NCBI RefSeq assembly: GCF_030028105.1
Contig: NC_092383.1
Span: 50,428,961-50,492,960 of the forward strand
Origin: Mobula birostris
Taxonomy: Eukaryota
Direction: 5' to 3'
Length of the DNA: 64,000 nucleotides
Shown: piece after piece, positions 1-14,553 of the stretch
How positions within the stretch are numbered: the first letter of the stretch is position 1
Layout: each line of letters opens with the position of its first letter
Notes under the pieces: model-generated
Seen by the model: the letters and a program-made list of their open reading frames with translations, nothing else
What the model was told of the DNA's origin: nothing
The model's database searches: none
Position numbers and translations under genes: made by a program

Positions 1-3000
1 CTTCAACATCTTAATCGTAATTTTTAATTATCTCCGTTTGATCGGAGGTTGTGAATCTGTCGGGTTTAATTTTTGGTTGCTTTATATGGGCAGAAAACTT
101 TATTTTGATTAATTAATATGGTTGCCAAACTTTCTTTCTAACTGCGTCATTCCTTTCTTTTTCCTTGGGGATTCTGGGTGGTTATTCCCTCAGCATCATT
201 TCGTGTATTTCCTTTGAGGCCTTAAATTTCGTAGTCTTTAAATGTACTTTTTTCTGTAGGTTTTCCTAACTAGTTTATATTAATAATTTCGTTTCTTTTT
301 TTTTTTGGTTATCATAGGGTCTGTGGTCTGTTTCGGTTTTCTTTACATTTTCTGGCTTTTTCTCTGTTTTATATCGTGTTTGTCTTAACTGTTCTACTTT
401 TTTTATTCTTTTACTGTTTTATAACTAGCTGATCTTTTTTATATTTACACTTTTTTTAGTGAGCGTCTATCGGAAGTCATGGGGGTAGTTCTAGTGCTTG
501 CTTCTTTCTGGCGGGTCTGCTTTAGATTTAACCTTGGGATCATGGGGTGGGGTGTGGTGGGAGGGGCTTCACGTTTTAGTTTTTTTCTTCTTGGGCTATT
601 TACATTACTGAAGCATTGGTTGCGTTCTCCTACCCGTTATCTCTGGTTTGTTCTGTTCCCTTCCCGGTTCGTGGGTCGAACCTATCGTCAATCCTCTTTT
701 TTGCGGGTTGACTTTAGGGTTTATGGAGTCTATTATTAATTTTGTCTCCTGGAATACTAATGGTCTTAATCATCCTATTAAAAGGAAAAAGGTTTTGAAA
801 GTATTCCGGAGACTTAAAGCACATGTTCTATTTTTACAAGAGACCCATGTGCGGAGGGGGGACAGACTACGTTTTTTTAAATTCTGGAAGGTACAACAGT
901 TTCATTCGAATTCTAACGCTAAGCTTCGAGGCGTCTCTATTTTTATAGACTCCTCAGTTACTTTTGTACAACATGATATTATCTCTGATCCGAATGGTAG
1001 ATTTCTACTGGTTAGTGGTCTACTATTCAATAAAAAGGTAGTTTTGGTTAACGTTTTTGCTCCCGATATGGACTGTCCGGAATTTTATAAATCATTATTT
1101 AATCGGTTCCCGAATTTGAATGAGTTTTCATTGATCTGGGGCGGAGATCTTACTACTTGCTTATCTCCACCTTTGGACCGTTTGGCTCCTCTACGGACCT
1201 TACCTAATAAATCTGCAACTTTGATTAACTCATTCCTCTCTGATTCTGGGTCGACGGACATTTGGCGTTTTTTGCATCCTCAGGAAAAAGATTTTTCTTT
1301 TTTTCACATGTTCACCATTCCTATTCAAGAATTGATTATTTTTTTATTGACTCTCAGTTTATCTCTTCAGTGATTAAATGTGATTATAATTCTATAACCA
1401 TTTTGGATCATGCTCCACTTAAGCTTTCTATTAAAATTCAGGTCAATACACAAAATAATAGACAATGGCGTTTTAATTCGTTGCTGCTTCAGGATTCGGA
1501 CTTTGTTAACTTTATGAATGAACAGATTGATTTCTTTTTTACAATCAACTACACAGAGGATATTTCTGTGAACATTCTTTGGGATACTTTTAAAGCTTAT
1601 ATTCGTGGTCAGATTATCCCATATTCTGCTGCTTTGAGGAAGAAGTTGAAGCAGGAGGAGTTGGTAATTGTGGACAAGATTAAGGAAATTGATAAGAAAT
1701 ATGTTACAGCTCCCTCTGAGGAGTTGTATAAACAAAGAACTGAACTTCAAATGGAGCACGGCTTATTACTTTCGTCCTCAATTGTAAACCAATTAAAGAA
1801 AACAAGAAGTGAATTTTATGTACAAAGTGACAAAGTTGGTAAACTGTTGGCTAACCAACTGAAGTCTAATTATACTAAATCTCAAATTAATCAGATTTAT
1901 AATCAAAATGATCGACTGATATTTGATCATGTGGAGATCAATCAAACCTTCTTTGATTTTTATTCTTCCTTATTTCAATCTGAGTCTTTACGAGACTCTA
2001 AATATATGAATGACTTTTTAGATAACCTAGATTTCCCTGAGATTTCACAGGATATGTCTTCTATGCTTGATACTCCCATTACTACTGATGAGATTAAGAA
2101 TGTTATTTCCTCTATGAACCTGGGGAGAGCTCCTGGCCCTGATGGGTTTACCGTGGAATTTTATAAGTTTTTTGCACCTTCATTAATCCCTTGGTTCTGT
2201 AGGGTTTTGGAGACTTCATTAAAACTTGGCAAACTTCCCGAATCCTTTTATAGAGTGTCAATCTCTCTAATATTAAAGAAGGATAAAGATCCTACTCAAT
2301 GTACATCTTATAGACCAATATCTTTATTAAATGTTGATTCTAAATTTTTTTCTAAATTATTTTCAAACAGATTAGAAAAAGTACTCCCTTTTATTATTTC
2401 AGAAGACCAAACGGGTTTTATTAAAGGTCGTTACTCTTTCTATAACATTCGCACACTGTTAAATATTGCTTATACTCCCTCACAAAATGTTCCTGAGTGT
2501 GTTATCTCTTTAGATGCTGAAAAAGCTTTTGATAAGAGTAGAATGGCCTTACTTATTTAAGGTGCTTGAAATGTTTAATTTTAGCTCGAAATTTATATCC
2601 TGGATTAAACTGTTATATCATTCTCCTATGGCCTCGGTCCGTACTAACTCTTTAAGCTCACCTTTTTTCCCTCTTTTTCGAGGTACTCGACAAGGTTGTC
2701 CTCTTAGTCCTTTATTATTTGATATTGCATTAGAACCTCTTGCAATTGCCATTCGAGAATCTCCAAATATTATTGGGATAACTCGGGGCTTAAAGTCCCA
2801 TAAAATATCACTCTATGCTGATGACTTACTTTTATATATTTCTAATCCTCAAAAATCTATCCCTGCTGCTTTAGATTTATTAGCACAATTTAGTCTTTTT
2901 TCAGGTTATAAATTAAACCTTAGTAAGAGTGAACTTTATTTGATTAATAAACAACTTCCCTTGTATCATAACTTTCCGTTTAAATTGATTAATAATTATT

Positions 3001-3500
3001 TCTCATATCTTGGTTTTAAAATTACTTGTAAATACAAAGATTTATTTAAGACTAATTTTTTACTGTTAATTGATCATATTACTCAACTTTTATCTAAATG
3101 GTTTCCATTATATTTAATTTTGATGTTTAGTTAAGATGTTTATTCTGCCAAAATTTTTATATGTATTTCAGGCATTACCGATTTTTGTTCCAAAATCCTT
3201 TTTTTGATAAAGTTGACTCTAAAATTTCTTCATTTATTTGGCAAAATAAAAACCCGAGATTGGGTAAAATACATTTACAGAAAGCCAAGAGAGATGGAGG
3301 TCTAGCATTACCTAACTTTAGATTCTATTATTGGGCAATTAATATTCAACATATGAAATTTTGGTTACTTGACCAAGATACACTATCCATTCCTAAATGG
3401 GTAGTATTGGAATTACATTCTGCTCAGGGCTATGCACTTGGCTCTATTTTAGGTTCCTCACTTCCTTTTAATTTGAAATGCCTCAAACTGGTCTCTAACC
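1..3500 (+). mobile_element. L1-clade LINE: T-rich spacer plus frameshifted ORF2 (APE endonuclease + RT), 3' truncated
   Basis: ORF2 starts near ATG 723 (FVSWNTNGLN, FLQETH) and continues through ORFs 1262-2560 (YSRIDYFF, APGPDGF, YRPISLLN), 2514-3134 (RQGCPLSP, YADD) and 3161-3514 (GGLALPNF). Three frameshifts. Confidence 0.93.
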
Positions 3501-3633
3501 CCTGCCTAGCCTAATGCATTCACCAGCAACTTTGATATGTGTTGTAATCCAAAGTTGTTTTCCGACTCGAAAGTTATTTTGTATTGAAATGGATGGAAAT
3601 GTTGTAACTGTTTTTCCACACAATCCTTTTCAC

Positions 3634-3660
3634 CTGCATCCTTTTCACGTAATTCTTCAT
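3634..3660 (-). CDS. 27-nt phase-1 micro-exon, DEELREKDA
   Basis: ttttcccgttgcag|ATGAAGAATTACGTGAAAAGGATGCAG|gtgaaa; 25/27 identical to exon 29543-29569. Confidence 0.75.
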
Positions 3661-3704
3661 CTGCAACGGGAAAATAAGCAATAATTTAAGGAAATATTTC
3701 AAAT

Positions 3705-4225
3705 CTAGTTAGGCCTTTATAAGAAGGACGTGGAAGCATTTGAAAGGGTGCAGAGAAGATTTTCGAGGTTGATGCTTGGACTAAAGGGCAAGTCTTACGA
3801 AAATAGTTTGAGGAGATTGGGGCTTTTTTCTTTGGAACGAAGGAGAATAAGATGACTTGATAAGGGTATTTAGCTGATAGAAATAATCTCGGACTCGATC
3901 ATCAGGCACCTTTTCCCTGGGCTCATGTAGCAGACACAAGGAGGCATATTTTAATAGTGATTGGAGGAACGTATGACGGGTGGATGTCAGAGGCATTGTA
4001 AGATCTTCACACAAAGGATGGTGGGTGCGTGGAACTCCCTGCCATGCGTGGTGTTAGAGGCAGGTAAATTAGTGGCATTTAGGAAACTCTTAGCCAGGCA
4101 TGTCGATGATAGAAAAATGGAGCGTAACGTAGGAGGGAATGGTTAGATTGACCTCAGTGCAGGTTAAGAAGTCGGCAGACTCGAGGGGCGAAGGACATGT
4201 ATTGTGGTGTAATGTTTTACGTTCG
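3705..4225 (+). mobile_element. Degenerate CR1 3' fragment
   Basis: Remnant FTQRMVGAWNSLP and a CR1-like 3' UTR. Confidence 0.75.
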
Positions 4226-4513
4226 ATAAATATTTTCAATATTGTCCGAGAATTTTTAACCACTGAGCTTGCGCACAGCATGAATTAGTTTAAAATATAT
4301 AAAATAAATATCTTCTGATATTATATTGGAGCGGATATGGTCTATGCTTTTCAGGATCTCATAGCAATATTATTTTATATCCTAGACGTTTCTGTCATTC
4401 TAGTGATTTCACTTTAGACAGAAGCTTATCCTCTTGCCAGGAATGGCAGGCAACATCTTCTCCGAACCTGCTCAGGCATTTAATGTTCTCTAGGCAATCG
4501 TTTAGGTTCATAC

Positions 4514-4537
4514 CATTTCTTGCACTTAGCCACAAAG
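4514..4537 (-). CDS. Candidate 24-nt phase-1 micro-exon, ALWLSARN (weak)
   Basis: tttttctacattaag|CTTTGTGGCTAAGTGCAAGAAATG|gtatga; AAG acceptor and an atypical peptide. Confidence 0.35.
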
Positions 4538-4858
4538 CTTAATGTAGAAAAATCTATCGATGCTTTGAGAATCCTTCAATGTAGTGTCTTTCAAAGCATC
4601 CGCAGACGTTTAGTAAATCATCACCAGCAGGTCAGTGAGTGACAGGAGGTTCCAAACCTTATGCTTGCCTCCATTCTGATCATTATTATTGCATGGACAA
4701 TACATTACAGTAGTATTTTTAGCACCCTCTGTGAAGTACCAGGGGGGATTTCACACACACAGGTGCCGAAATCATGATATAATCTGGACATAAACTTATA
4801 GGCAGTAGACGCGGCTAAATATTTTAAGCGGAATACTATTCTATTATAACCTTAACAC

Positions 4859-4903
4859 GTGTGTGTGTGTGTGTGTGTGTATGTGTGTGTGTGTGTGTGT
4901 GTG
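4859..4903. repeat. (GT)n microsatellite
   Basis: Direct reading; one interruption. Confidence 0.97.
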
Positions 4904-5473
4904 ACGTCATCCTGTGATCATGTACTGTTTCTGAGATACTATTGTTTCCTCCCTCATTCCAAAGACTGTTAGTTGCTCGGTAAGTAGACCAGTGGAAATT
5001 GTTCGTGTGGAGTAAGTGGTCGAAAAACATAGTTGGCGTGGTTATGAGGAATGGGTTGACTTTTTTTTTCATGTGAGAACGTATACGTTGCAGAGAAATA
5101 ACGTGGGCATGCGGACGGATGCGGTTATTCTGAGAGGTGGCATAGGCTTGTTGGGCCAAATGGCTTCCATTTATCTTGTTGAGAAAAGAATGAAAATTTC
5201 CCTGCTGGTTGAAGTTGGCTAACTATTGGAATACCATTTGAATTTGACGAGAAAGACTTTGGCAATAACAACAGATCACTCTTAGGTTTTGATCCTGTTA
5301 AAGCATGAAGGCAATATGGCAGCGATAGCTCCCCAGTCGTCAGATTAGCACCTTCGCGAAAGCACCTTTCATGAACAAATGGCAGGAAATCTACAAATAT
5401 ATAACCGTTGTTTTGAAATTTCCAAAGTAAAGCAGGAAGGTGTTTGTAAACTATTCACGAATATATACCTTAC

Positions 5474-5500
5474 CGTCTACAACGCACTTCATATTACTGT
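5474..5500 (-). CDS. 27-nt phase-1 micro-exon, DSNMKCVVD
   Basis: tttcattgttttag|ACAGTAATATGAAGTGCGTTGTAGACG|gtaagg; phase 0 has stops. Confidence 0.78.
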
Positions 5501-6175
5501 CTAAAACAATGAAATGAACAGATAAATAGTAAAAAGGGAACAGATATATTACGTTCTTGCTTTGAACATATTGTGTTTTTCAGGCACACCGATTTCGCCT
5601 CACAACCTAATGATTTGCCCATACATTCAATAGTCAGAAAACTTTGCTCCGAGAGCGACGGTAAAATGACGGAGGAGTTTTTTAGCGCGAAAGCGAGGTG
5701 CGGGAGGAAATGTGACCGATACGAGTGTTCTGCGACCTGGCATAGACTTAATGCCCAGAAAATCCTGCTCGCAAAATATACGAGTGACACAATGCAATAG
5801 TGTTAAATATAATGGCGTACTTTGCGTATAATTACTATTATTGTTACTTTCTGCTTTATCCTGTGTTTATTAAGGCAATTTTAGAAAAGTTACGATGCTC
5901 TGTTCTGGGAAGACTGATCACAATGAATTGTCGTTTTAATTCTTGAAATGATACATCTCTACCTTAGAATGGAAAGGAGAACGTAAAAAAAGTTTTGCTC
6001 GAGATTTATCCTGACTGAGAACAGACTTGCAAAACACACCAATCATACAAACGGCTCATCGTGTAAGTTTCACTGGGGAACATTTAAATATTAAAGGAAA
6101 CTGAGCAATTGATGCAGAGGTGAAATGAATGGCGCAGATAAATAATGCTGATCGATTCCTTTCGCGACAAATCAC

Positions 6176-6202
6176 CGTGGAATATCTTGCGTAAGAGAGC
6201 TT
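6176..6202 (-). CDS. 27-nt phase-1 micro-exon, EALLRKIFH
   Basis: ccttcactgagtttag|AAGCTCTCTTACGCAAGATATTCCACG|gtgatt; moderate splice sites. Confidence 0.55.
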
Positions 6203-7852
6203 CTAAACTCAGTGAAGGCGACAACACTTTACTATAACTATGTATTAGAAATAACCGAAATTTAATATTTTAGTGACAAAATCTACCATGCATTGGAGAA
6301 ACGTGTGATTTGAAAGCAGGTGCCCTGATCAAGTTGTCACCTTCTAGTCTAGGGATAGATCTGGTAATAACTTTATCCATGAAATTATCTCATGGTTTAT
6401 GGGAGAAGCAGGAGCTTAGGCCCTTACAGTCCCCCTTCCCCACATCTGCCTAATCCCGTCGATCTGCACACAGACTGTGAACTCTACACTTCTGCTCTCC
6501 ACGTACCTATCCAAATTTCTCTTCAATGTTGAAATCGAACCCAGATCCACCACTTCCGACAGCAGCTCGTTCCACATTCTCACCATCCGCTGTGTGAAGA
6601 AGTTCCTCCTCATGTTTAAAGATTTCACGTTTCACCGTTCATTTTGGAACTGAGTGGCTCAGAAGGCCAGGAGGAAAAATGATAGGGATTCTATAGTTAG
6701 AGGAGCAGACAGGGGATTCGTTGGACGTGAAAGAGATGGTATGTTGTATCTTCCAGGTGTCAGGATCAAGAATGTCTGCAGCATTCTAAGGGGGTGGGGA
6801 AGCGAGCACCGGTAAGTCGTGGGACATATAGACAACGTAGGTAAGAAAACTGACGAGGTCCTGAAGAGAGAATATAGGGAGTTAGTTAGAAAGCCGAAAA
6901 GCATAACCTCTAGGTAGTGACCTCTAAATTGATGCCTGTGCCATTCGCCGGTGAGGTTAAGACTAAGATAATTTGCCAGGTGAATGTATTGCTGAGGAAT
7001 TTGTACAGTGGGTAGGGTTTCCGATTTTGGATCATTGGGTTTTCTTCAAGGGGAACAATGACCTGTACAAAAATTATGAATTAAACCTGAACCGGAGGAA
7101 GACCAATATTCTTGCGGGCAGTTTTGCTAAAGCTATTGTGGAGGGTTTAAACTAATTTTGCAGGGGGATGGGAACCGGAGTGATAGGGCTGAGAATGGAA
7201 CAGTTACTATAACAGTTGATGTAGTGTGTAGAAGGACAGGCAGATGATATGGCAAAATTGAAGTCAGTTGGATGAGTGTACCATAGGAGCAAAATCGCAA
7301 AAGTTGACGAATACAGAATTGAAGATGTTATATTTGAAAGCACGTAGTATTCTGAATAAGGTAGATTATCTTCCATCACAGTTAGAGATTTGCAGCTATA
7401 GTGTTATGGGTAGCACTAAGTCGTGGTAGCCAGGATATTGGATAAAATTTCAAAGGAGATAGAAAAGCCACATAAACAGGATAATGTTACGATTGTCAGA
7501 GGGTTTTCAATATCAGGTAGACTGGGAAAATCAGGTTGGTGCTGGATACCAAGAGATGTAATTTGCATAAAATTCGGGTATTATTTGTTTCTCATGGCTG
7601 AACCCACTAAAGAAGAGGTAATTGTGGGTTGGATGTTGTTTAACGAACTAGGTTTGATTAGGAACCATTAAAAGACAGTGATTATAATGTGATCGAATTC
7701 ACACTCCAGTTGTGAGGGAGAATCTAAAGTCAGCAGTAGGTTAGAGTAAATGGAATTACAGAGGCTCAAGAAGGGAGCTCGTCAAAGTTGATTGGAAGGT
7801 GACACTAACGAGGATGATGGCAGAACAGAAATGGCTGGAGATTCTGGAGGAA

Positions 7853-9542
7853 CTCTGGAGGAATGGATGGAGGAACTGAGGGAAATGCATGTTAGTAGGG
7901 AAGTGGTGTTAGGTAAATTGAAGGGATTAAAGGCAGCTAAATCCCTAGGGCCAGATGGTCTGCATCCCAGAGTGCTTAAGGGATTAGCCCAAGAAATAGT
8001 GGATACATTAGTGATAATTTTTCAAAACTCTTTAGATTCTGGATTAGTTCCTGAGGATTGGAGGGTGGCTAATGTAACCCCACTTTTTAAAAAAAGGAGG
8101 GAGAGAGAAACCAGGGAATTATAGATTGGTTAGCCTAACATCGGTGGTGGGGAAAATGCTAGAGTCAGTTATCAAAGATGTGATAACAGCACATTTGGAA
8201 AACAGTGAAATCATCGGACAAAGTCTACATAGATTTGTGAAAGGAAAATCATGTTTGACGAATCTCATAGAATTTTTTCAGGATGTATCTAGTAGAGTGG
8301 ATAGGGGAGAACCAGTGGATGTGGTATATTTGGATTTTCAAAAGGCTGTCGACAAGGTCCCACACAGGAGATTAGTGTGCAAACTTAAACCACACGGTAT
8401 TGAGGGTAAGGTATTGATGTGGATAGAGAATTGGTTGGCAGACAGGAAGCAAAGGGTGGGAATAAATGGGACCTTTTCAGAATGGCAGGCAGTGACTAGT
8501 GGGGTACCGCAAGGCTCAGTACAGGGACCCCAGTTGTTTACAATATATATCAATGACTTACATGAGGGAATTAAATGCAGCATCTCCAAGTTTGCGGTTG
8601 ATACGAAGCTGGGGGGGGGGGGCAGTGTTAGCTGTGAAGAGGATGCTAAGAGCATGCAGGGTGACTTGGATAGCTTAGGTGAGTGGGCAAATTCATGGCA
8701 GATGCAATTTAATGGGGATAAATGTGAGGTTATCTACTTTGGTGGCAAAAACATGAAAACAGATTATTATCTGAATGGTGGCCAATTAGGAAAAGGAGAG
8801 GTGCAACGAGACCTGGGTGTCATTATACACCAATCATTGAAGGTGGGCATGCAGGTACAGCAGGCGGTGAAAAAGGCGAATGGTATGCTGGCATTCATAG
8901 CAAGAGGATTCGAGTACAGGAGCAGGGAGGTACTACTGTAGTTGTACAAGGCCTTGGTGAGACCACACCTGGAGTATTGTGTGCAGTTTTGGTCCCCTAA
9001 TCTGAGGAAAGGCATCCTTGCCATAGAGGGAGTACAAAGAAGGTTCATCAGATTGATTCCTGGGATGGCAGGACTTTCATATGATGAAAGATTGGATCGA
9101 CTAGGCTTATACTCGAATTTAGAAGATTGGCGCCGGGGGCGGAGGGGGGGGATCTTATTGAAACACATAGAATCCTAAAGGGATTGGACAGGCTAGAGCA
9201 GGAAGATTGTTCCCGATGTTGGGGAAGTCCAGAACGAGAGGTCACAGTTTGAGGATAAAGGGGAAGCCTTTTAGGACAGAGATGAGGAAAAACTTCTTCA
9301 CATAGAGAGTGGTGAATCTGTGGAATTCTCTGCCACAGGAAACAGTTGAGGCCAGTTCATTGGCTTTATTTAAGAGGGAGTTAGATATGGCCCTTGTGGC
9401 TAAAAGGATCAGGGGTTATGGAGGGAAGGCTGGTGCAGGGTTCTGAGTTGGATGATCAGTCATGATCATACTGAATGGCGGTGCAGGCTCGAAGGGCCGA
9501 ATGGCCTACTCCTGCACCTATTTTCTATGTTTCTATGTTTCT
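7853..9542 (+). mobile_element. Younger 5'-truncated CR1 LINE (RT and 3' UTR)
   Basis: GPDGLHPRVLK, KSCLTNL, SGVPQGS, RPHLEYCVQFWSP; (tttctatg)n tail; TSD attctgga(g/a)gaa at 7841-7852 and 9543-9554. Confidence 0.93.
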
Positions 9543-11036
9543 ATTCTGGAAGAAATTCAGTAGATGCAGGAGAGGTACATCCCAAAGAAGAAAACGTACT
9601 CCAAAGGGAGGATGACGCAATCACGGCTGACAAAGCAACTCAAAGGCAGCCTAAAAGAAAAATGAGAGGGCATATAATATTGCACAAATTAGCGGCAAGC
9701 TAGAGGATTTGGAAGCTTAAAAACAACAGAAGGAAACTAAACGTCAGAAGGGGAGAAAAGATGAAATATGAAGGTAAGCTAGCCCATAATATAAATTAAA
9801 AATGTAATAGAATTTTTTCAGATATATAAAGAGTTAAAGAGAGGTGAGAATGGATACCAGACCGCTGGAAAATGACGTCGGAGAGGTTGTAATGGGAGAT
9901 AATGAAATGGTGGTCGAACTTAAAATGTACTTTGTGTCAGTCTTCCCTGTGGAAGATACTAGCAGTATGCCAGAAATTAGAGCGTGCAGTTGCTATTACT
10001 AAGAGGAAGGTGCTTGGGAAGCTGAATGTTCTGAAGGTAAATAAGTCACTTGAACCTGATAGTCTCCACGCCAGGTCCTAAAATCGGTAGCTAAAGGGAT
10101 TATGCAGGTAGTAGCAATGATCTTCCAAGTACCACACGATTATGGATTTTTTTTCATAGGACTGGAAATTTTCAAATGTCATCCCACTCTTTAAAAAAGT
10201 ACGGAGGCACAAGAATGAATATTATATGGCAGTACACCTGACCTAACTGGTTGCAAAGGTGCTATTAAGGATGAGAATTCGGGGTACTTAGAGGAACCTG
10301 ATAAAATAGGCCAAAGTCAGGATGGTTTCTTATGGGGAAACCTTGCCTGACAAACCTGTTGGAATTATTTGAGGAAGTGACCAGCAGGATAGACAGAGGA
10401 GAGTCACTGGATGTAGTGTTCAGGTTATCGACAACGTGCTGTTCTCGAGGCAGCTTAACAAGATAAGAAAAAAATGGTAAAATGACTAACTGGCGGGAAG
10501 CAATGATTGGGAGTAAATAGGGAGTTTCTGGTAGGCGGCCGGTGGCTAGAGTTGCTAGACAGGGATCTGTTTTGGGTCCGCATTTTTTTTCACGTTATAT
10601 GTCAATAATTTCGATGAAGAAGTTGATGGCTTTTTGGTCAACTGTGTGAACAATACGAAGATAGGTGGAGTGGAATGTAGTGTTGGGGTAGTGAGAGTCT
10701 GCAGAAGGACTTAGACAGATTGGGAGAGTGGGCAAAAAGTAACTGGTAGAATATGGTGTTGGTAATTGTATGGTCATGCTCTTTGGTAAAAAGAATAAAA
10801 GTATATAAAATTTTTCTAAACATGGAGAATATTCAATAAATTAGAGGTGCAATTGGATTTGGGAGTCCTCGTGCAGGATTCCTTAAAAGGTAATCTACAA
10901 GTTGATTCAGTAGTAAGGAAGGCCAATGCAATATTAGCAATTATTTTGAGAGAACTGCAATGCAGAAGCAAAGACGTTATGCGGAGGATTTAAAAATAAT
11001 TGATCTTACTGCACTTGAGGTATGCTGAGCAGTTTA

Positions 11037-13243
11037 GACCTTAAGACCATAAGACCATAAGACAAAGGAGCAGAAGTTGGCCATTCGGCCCATTGAGTCC
11101 GCTCCGCTATTTTATCATGGGCTGATCCATTCTCCCATTTAGTCCCGTTCCCCCGCCTTCTCACCATAAACTTTGATGCCCTGGCTACTCAGATACCTAT
11201 CAATCTCTGCCTTAAATACACCCAATGACTTGACCTCCACTGCCACCCGTGGCAACAAATTCTACAGATTCACCAGCCTCGGGCGAAAAAAATTTCTTCG
11301 CATCTCTGTTCTGAATGCGTGCCCTTCAATCCTTAAGTTATGCCCTCTCGTACTAGACTCCCTCACTATGGGAAACAACTTTGCCTCATCCACTCCGTCC
11401 ATGCCTTTCAACATTCGAAATGTTTCTATGAGATCCCTCATCATTCTTCTAAACTCCAAGGAGTACAGTACAAGAGCGGTCAACGTTCCTCATATGTTAA
11501 CCCTCTCGTTCCCAGAATCATTCTAGCAAATACTCTCTGAACGCTGTCCAATGTCAGCACATCCTTTCTTAAATAAGGAGCCCTAAACCGCACACAGTAC
11601 TCCAAGTGAGGTCTTACCAGTGCCTTATAGAGCCTCGATATCACATCCCTGCTCCTATACTCTATTCCTCTAGAAATGGTTGCCAACATTGCATTCGCCT
11701 TCTTCACCACCGACTCAACCTGAAGGTTAACCTTAAGGGTATCCTACACAAGTACTCCCAAGTCCCGTTGCATCTCAGAACTTTGAATTCTCTCCCCACT
11801 TAAATAATAGTCTGCCCGTTTATTTCTTCTACCAAAGTGCATAATCATACACTTTCCAACATTGTATTTCATTTGCCACTTCTTTACCCATTCTTCCAAT
11901 CTATCCAAGTCTCTCTGCAGACTCTGTGTTTCCTCAGCACTACCGGCCCCTCCACCTATCTTAGTATCATCAGCAAACTTAGCCACAAAGCCATCTATTC
12001 CATAATCCAAATCGTTGATGTACAATGTAAAAAGAAGAGGCCCCAACATGGACCCCTGTGGAACACTACTGGTAACCGGAAGCCAACCAGAATGGGATCC
12101 CTTTATTCCTAATCTCTGTTTCCTGTCAATCAGCCAATGGTCTATCCACGTATGCAACTTTCCCGTAATTCCATGGGCTCTTATCTTTTTTAGCAGCCTC
12201 ATCTGCGGCACCTTGTCAAAAGCCATCTGAAAGTCCAAACGCACAACATCCGTTGCATTTCCCTTGTCTCACCTACTTGTAATTTGCTCAAAAAATTGCA
12301 ATAGGTTTGTCAGGCAGGATTTTCCTTTAAGGAAACCATGCTGAGTTCTGCCTATCTTGTCATTTGCCTCCAGGTACTCCGCAACCTCATCCTTGACAAT
12401 CGACTCCAACAACTTCCCAACCACCGATGTCAAGCTAGAAGGTAAATAATTTCCTTTTTGCTTTTTTGCCCCCTTCTTAAATAGCGGAGTAACATTTGCA
12501 ACCTTCCTGTCCTCCGGAAACATGCCAGAATCTATTGACTTTTGAAAGATAATTGCTAATGCCTCCGCAATCTCCACAGCTACTTCCTTCAGAACACGAG
12601 GGTGCATTCCATCTGGTCCGGGAGATTTATCTACCCTTAGACTATTCAGCTACCTGAGTACTTTCTCTGCCGTAATTGTTACTGCGCATACCTCTCTTCT
12701 CTGCCACCCTTGAGTATCTGGTGTACTGCTGATGTATTCCTCAGTGAAGACTGATGCAAAATACTCGTTCAGTTCCTCCACCATCTCCTCATCTCCCATT
12801 ACAATTTCTCCGGCATCATTTTCTCTCGGTCCTATATCTACATTCACCTGTCTTTTACTCTTTATATACTTGGAAAAGCTTTTAGTATCCTCTTTGTTAT
12901 TATTTGCTAGCTTCCTTTCATAGTTAATCTTTTCCCTCTTAATGACCTTCTTCGTTTCCTTTTGTAAGCTTTTAAAAACTTCCCAATCCTCTGTCTTCCC
13001 ACTAATTTTTGCTTCCTTGTATGCCCTCTCCTGTGCTTTAACTTTGGCTTTAATTTCTCTTGTCAGCCACGGTTGTATCCTTTTTCCATTCGAAAATTTC
13101 TTGCACCTTCCTCACTTCTCGCATGAACTCCAGCCACTGCTGCTCTGCCGTCCTTCCCGCTAGTGTCCCTTTTCAGTCAACTTTGGCCAGTTCCTCTCTC
13201 ATGCCACTGTAATTTCCTTTACTCCACTGAAATACCGACACAC
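11037..13243 (-). mobile_element. 5'-truncated CR1 LINE
   Basis: Minus-strand ORFs with HPRVLKE, VPQGSMLGP, KFADD, RPHLEYC; (gtcttatg)n tail at 11037-11062. Confidence 0.92.
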
Positions 13244-14517
13244 CGTCCCCATATGTATGAAAAAATGTGGTGGCATTAGAATGCGTGCAAAGGAAGCTCA
13301 CGAGAATGATTAAGGGAATGAACGGGTTAACATATCAGGAACTTTTGATGGTTCTAGTTCTATATCCGCTGAAGTTTACAAGGACGATGAGGATCTCATT
13401 GAAAGTTATCGAATATTGAAAGACCTAGATAGAGGGGATGTGAGGAGGATATTTTTTATAGTGCAGGAGTCTAGGACCAGAAGGCATAGCCTCAGAATTG
13501 GGCAGGCGTTTCCAAATTGGGGTCCATGGACCCCTCGCCTAATGGTATTGGTCCATGGCATTAAATTAGTTGGGAGACACTGGAATAGAGCGACGTCGAT
13601 TTAGAAAAGAGCAGGGAGGTTTTTTTTTAGCCATAGAGTAGTGAATCTGAGGAATTCATTACCATCGACGGCTGTAGAGACCAAGGCATTGGGTATATAT
13701 AAAATAGAGTTGACAATTTCTTGATTAGACAGTGAGTCAAAGGTTACGGGGAGAAGCCAGCCGAATGGGGTTGGGAGGGATGATAAAACAGCTAATGGAA
13801 TGGCGGAGCAGACTCGATGAGCTGAATCGCCTCATTGTGCTCCTCTGTCTAATAGTCTTATGGCTTTAATCTATTGTCTCCAGTTCCAGTCTCACTCAAC
13901 TTCAGTGGAAAATATCTGCTTGAATTTACTCCATCTATATCTCTCATAATTTTGTATATTTCTATCTAATCTCGCTTCATTCTCCTATGCTCCAGGGGAT
14001 AAACCCTTAACCTATTCAATTTTGCCTATAACTCAGATCCTCCCGTCCGGCAATATCCCGGTGAATTTTCTTTCACCATCTTTTCAATATATTTTTCAAT
14101 ATCTTTTTGGATATCTTAGTTATATGTATGTGACTGGAACAATTAAATATTCTTAGTTTATGTATGATGAAGGTTATAATATCCGAGATATCTAACCGTC
14201 TCTTCCACAAAGACTACAAGTGGATCCCCCACGTATACAGACTTAGGGTACGATCCTACCGTCCATTCAACCGTAAATAATTCCCTGTGACTGCTTTGCC
14301 CATGTTTATAACCAGTTCCTATTGTGAGTCCGAATTACAATCATCTTTCAGTCATATTGGGCACATCAGTTAACTGCTATCATACTCTTTGTAAAGTAAT
14401 TTTAGATGAGAATTTATTACGTGATTTAAACGGGCGGACGTTATTTCTCAATTTCCGTTTATTTTCATTATTCGTGAAATCTGACAGTTACGAAAATACT
14501 AACCTTTTCTGCCTTAC

Positions 14518-14553
14518 CTGTAAGCAGCAACAATTTTTTCAGTTTCGATAGTT
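14518..14553 (-). CDS. 36-nt phase-1 micro-exon, ELSKLKKLLLLT
   Basis: ttttctgttgacttag|AACTATCGAAACTGAAAAAATTGTTGCTGCTTACAG|gtaagg; same length and ELSK start as exon 51535-51570. Confidence 0.78.

Larger units (their letters stand above)
6650..13865 (+). mobile_element. Old degenerate CR1 LINE (ORF1 esterase region to 3' UTR) split by two younger CR1 insertions
   Basis: Colinear CR1 remnants at about 6650-7852, 9543-11036 and 13244-13865. Confidence 0.8.

Noticed and set aside
5896-5964. 69-nt phase-1-open candidate (GRDVSFQELKRQF...)
   Set aside because: Weak C|gtaact donor, AAG acceptor and atypical size; left unlisted.
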